Positions 63,831 through 64,000 of a stretch of DNA of 64,000 bases are shown here, piece after piece. This stretch comes from Balanoglossus misakiensis (lineage: Eukaryota; Animalia; Hemichordata): assembly GCA_040954595.2 (NCBI GenBank), contig CM082577.2:12841903-12905902 (forward strand), given 5' to 3'. A model generated the notes under the pieces. That model was not told the origin of the DNA, did no database searches, and worked only from the letters and a program-made list of their open reading frames with translations. Position numbers and translations under genes: made by a program. The first letter of the stretch is position 1, and each line of letters opens with the position of its first letter.

Positions 63831-64000
63831 GTAAGATTGTGGTATTGTTTTTTGATGTCACATTCAAAAATCAACATGTACATATTATAGTATGTTCTGC
63901 CACGATCTTGTGATTTCATTCAAGCATAAAGAGCTGCCACGTTTCGCATTTTTTCGTTATTTTTACCTCGTGTGATGATTGCAGGGTAGTGTTTCGCCAC

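Overview
Eukaryotic animal genomic DNA, repeat-rich, with spliced genes. The gene content suggests a marine invertebrate, possibly a deuterostome (inference only). From left to right: an F-type lectin (FTP) exon; a ~2 kb complex microsatellite; a 2.7 kb tandem duplication carrying an LTR and 5' gag; Ty3/Gypsy element A (6925-13521, identical LTRs, pol with three lesions); a two-TM ORF; intact Ty3/Gypsy element B (17184-25014, minus strand) inserted 12 bp after the stop codon of a single-exon Toll-like receptor; a two-exon 72-aa secreted peptide gene with Academ-like and Kolobok-like elements in its intron; a short-chain-collagen-C4-like gene fragment; and two tandem paralogues of a spliced gene. 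The most notable finding is those paralogues. They encode a signal peptide, two C-type lectin domains and a polycystin-1-like GAIN region. The complete copy (13 exons, 644 aa) ends 14 residues after the HL|T autoproteolysis site with no transmembrane region. Between the two copies the lectin exons differ strongly while the GAIN exons are nearly identical. All gene models were built by eye and no database searches were run.
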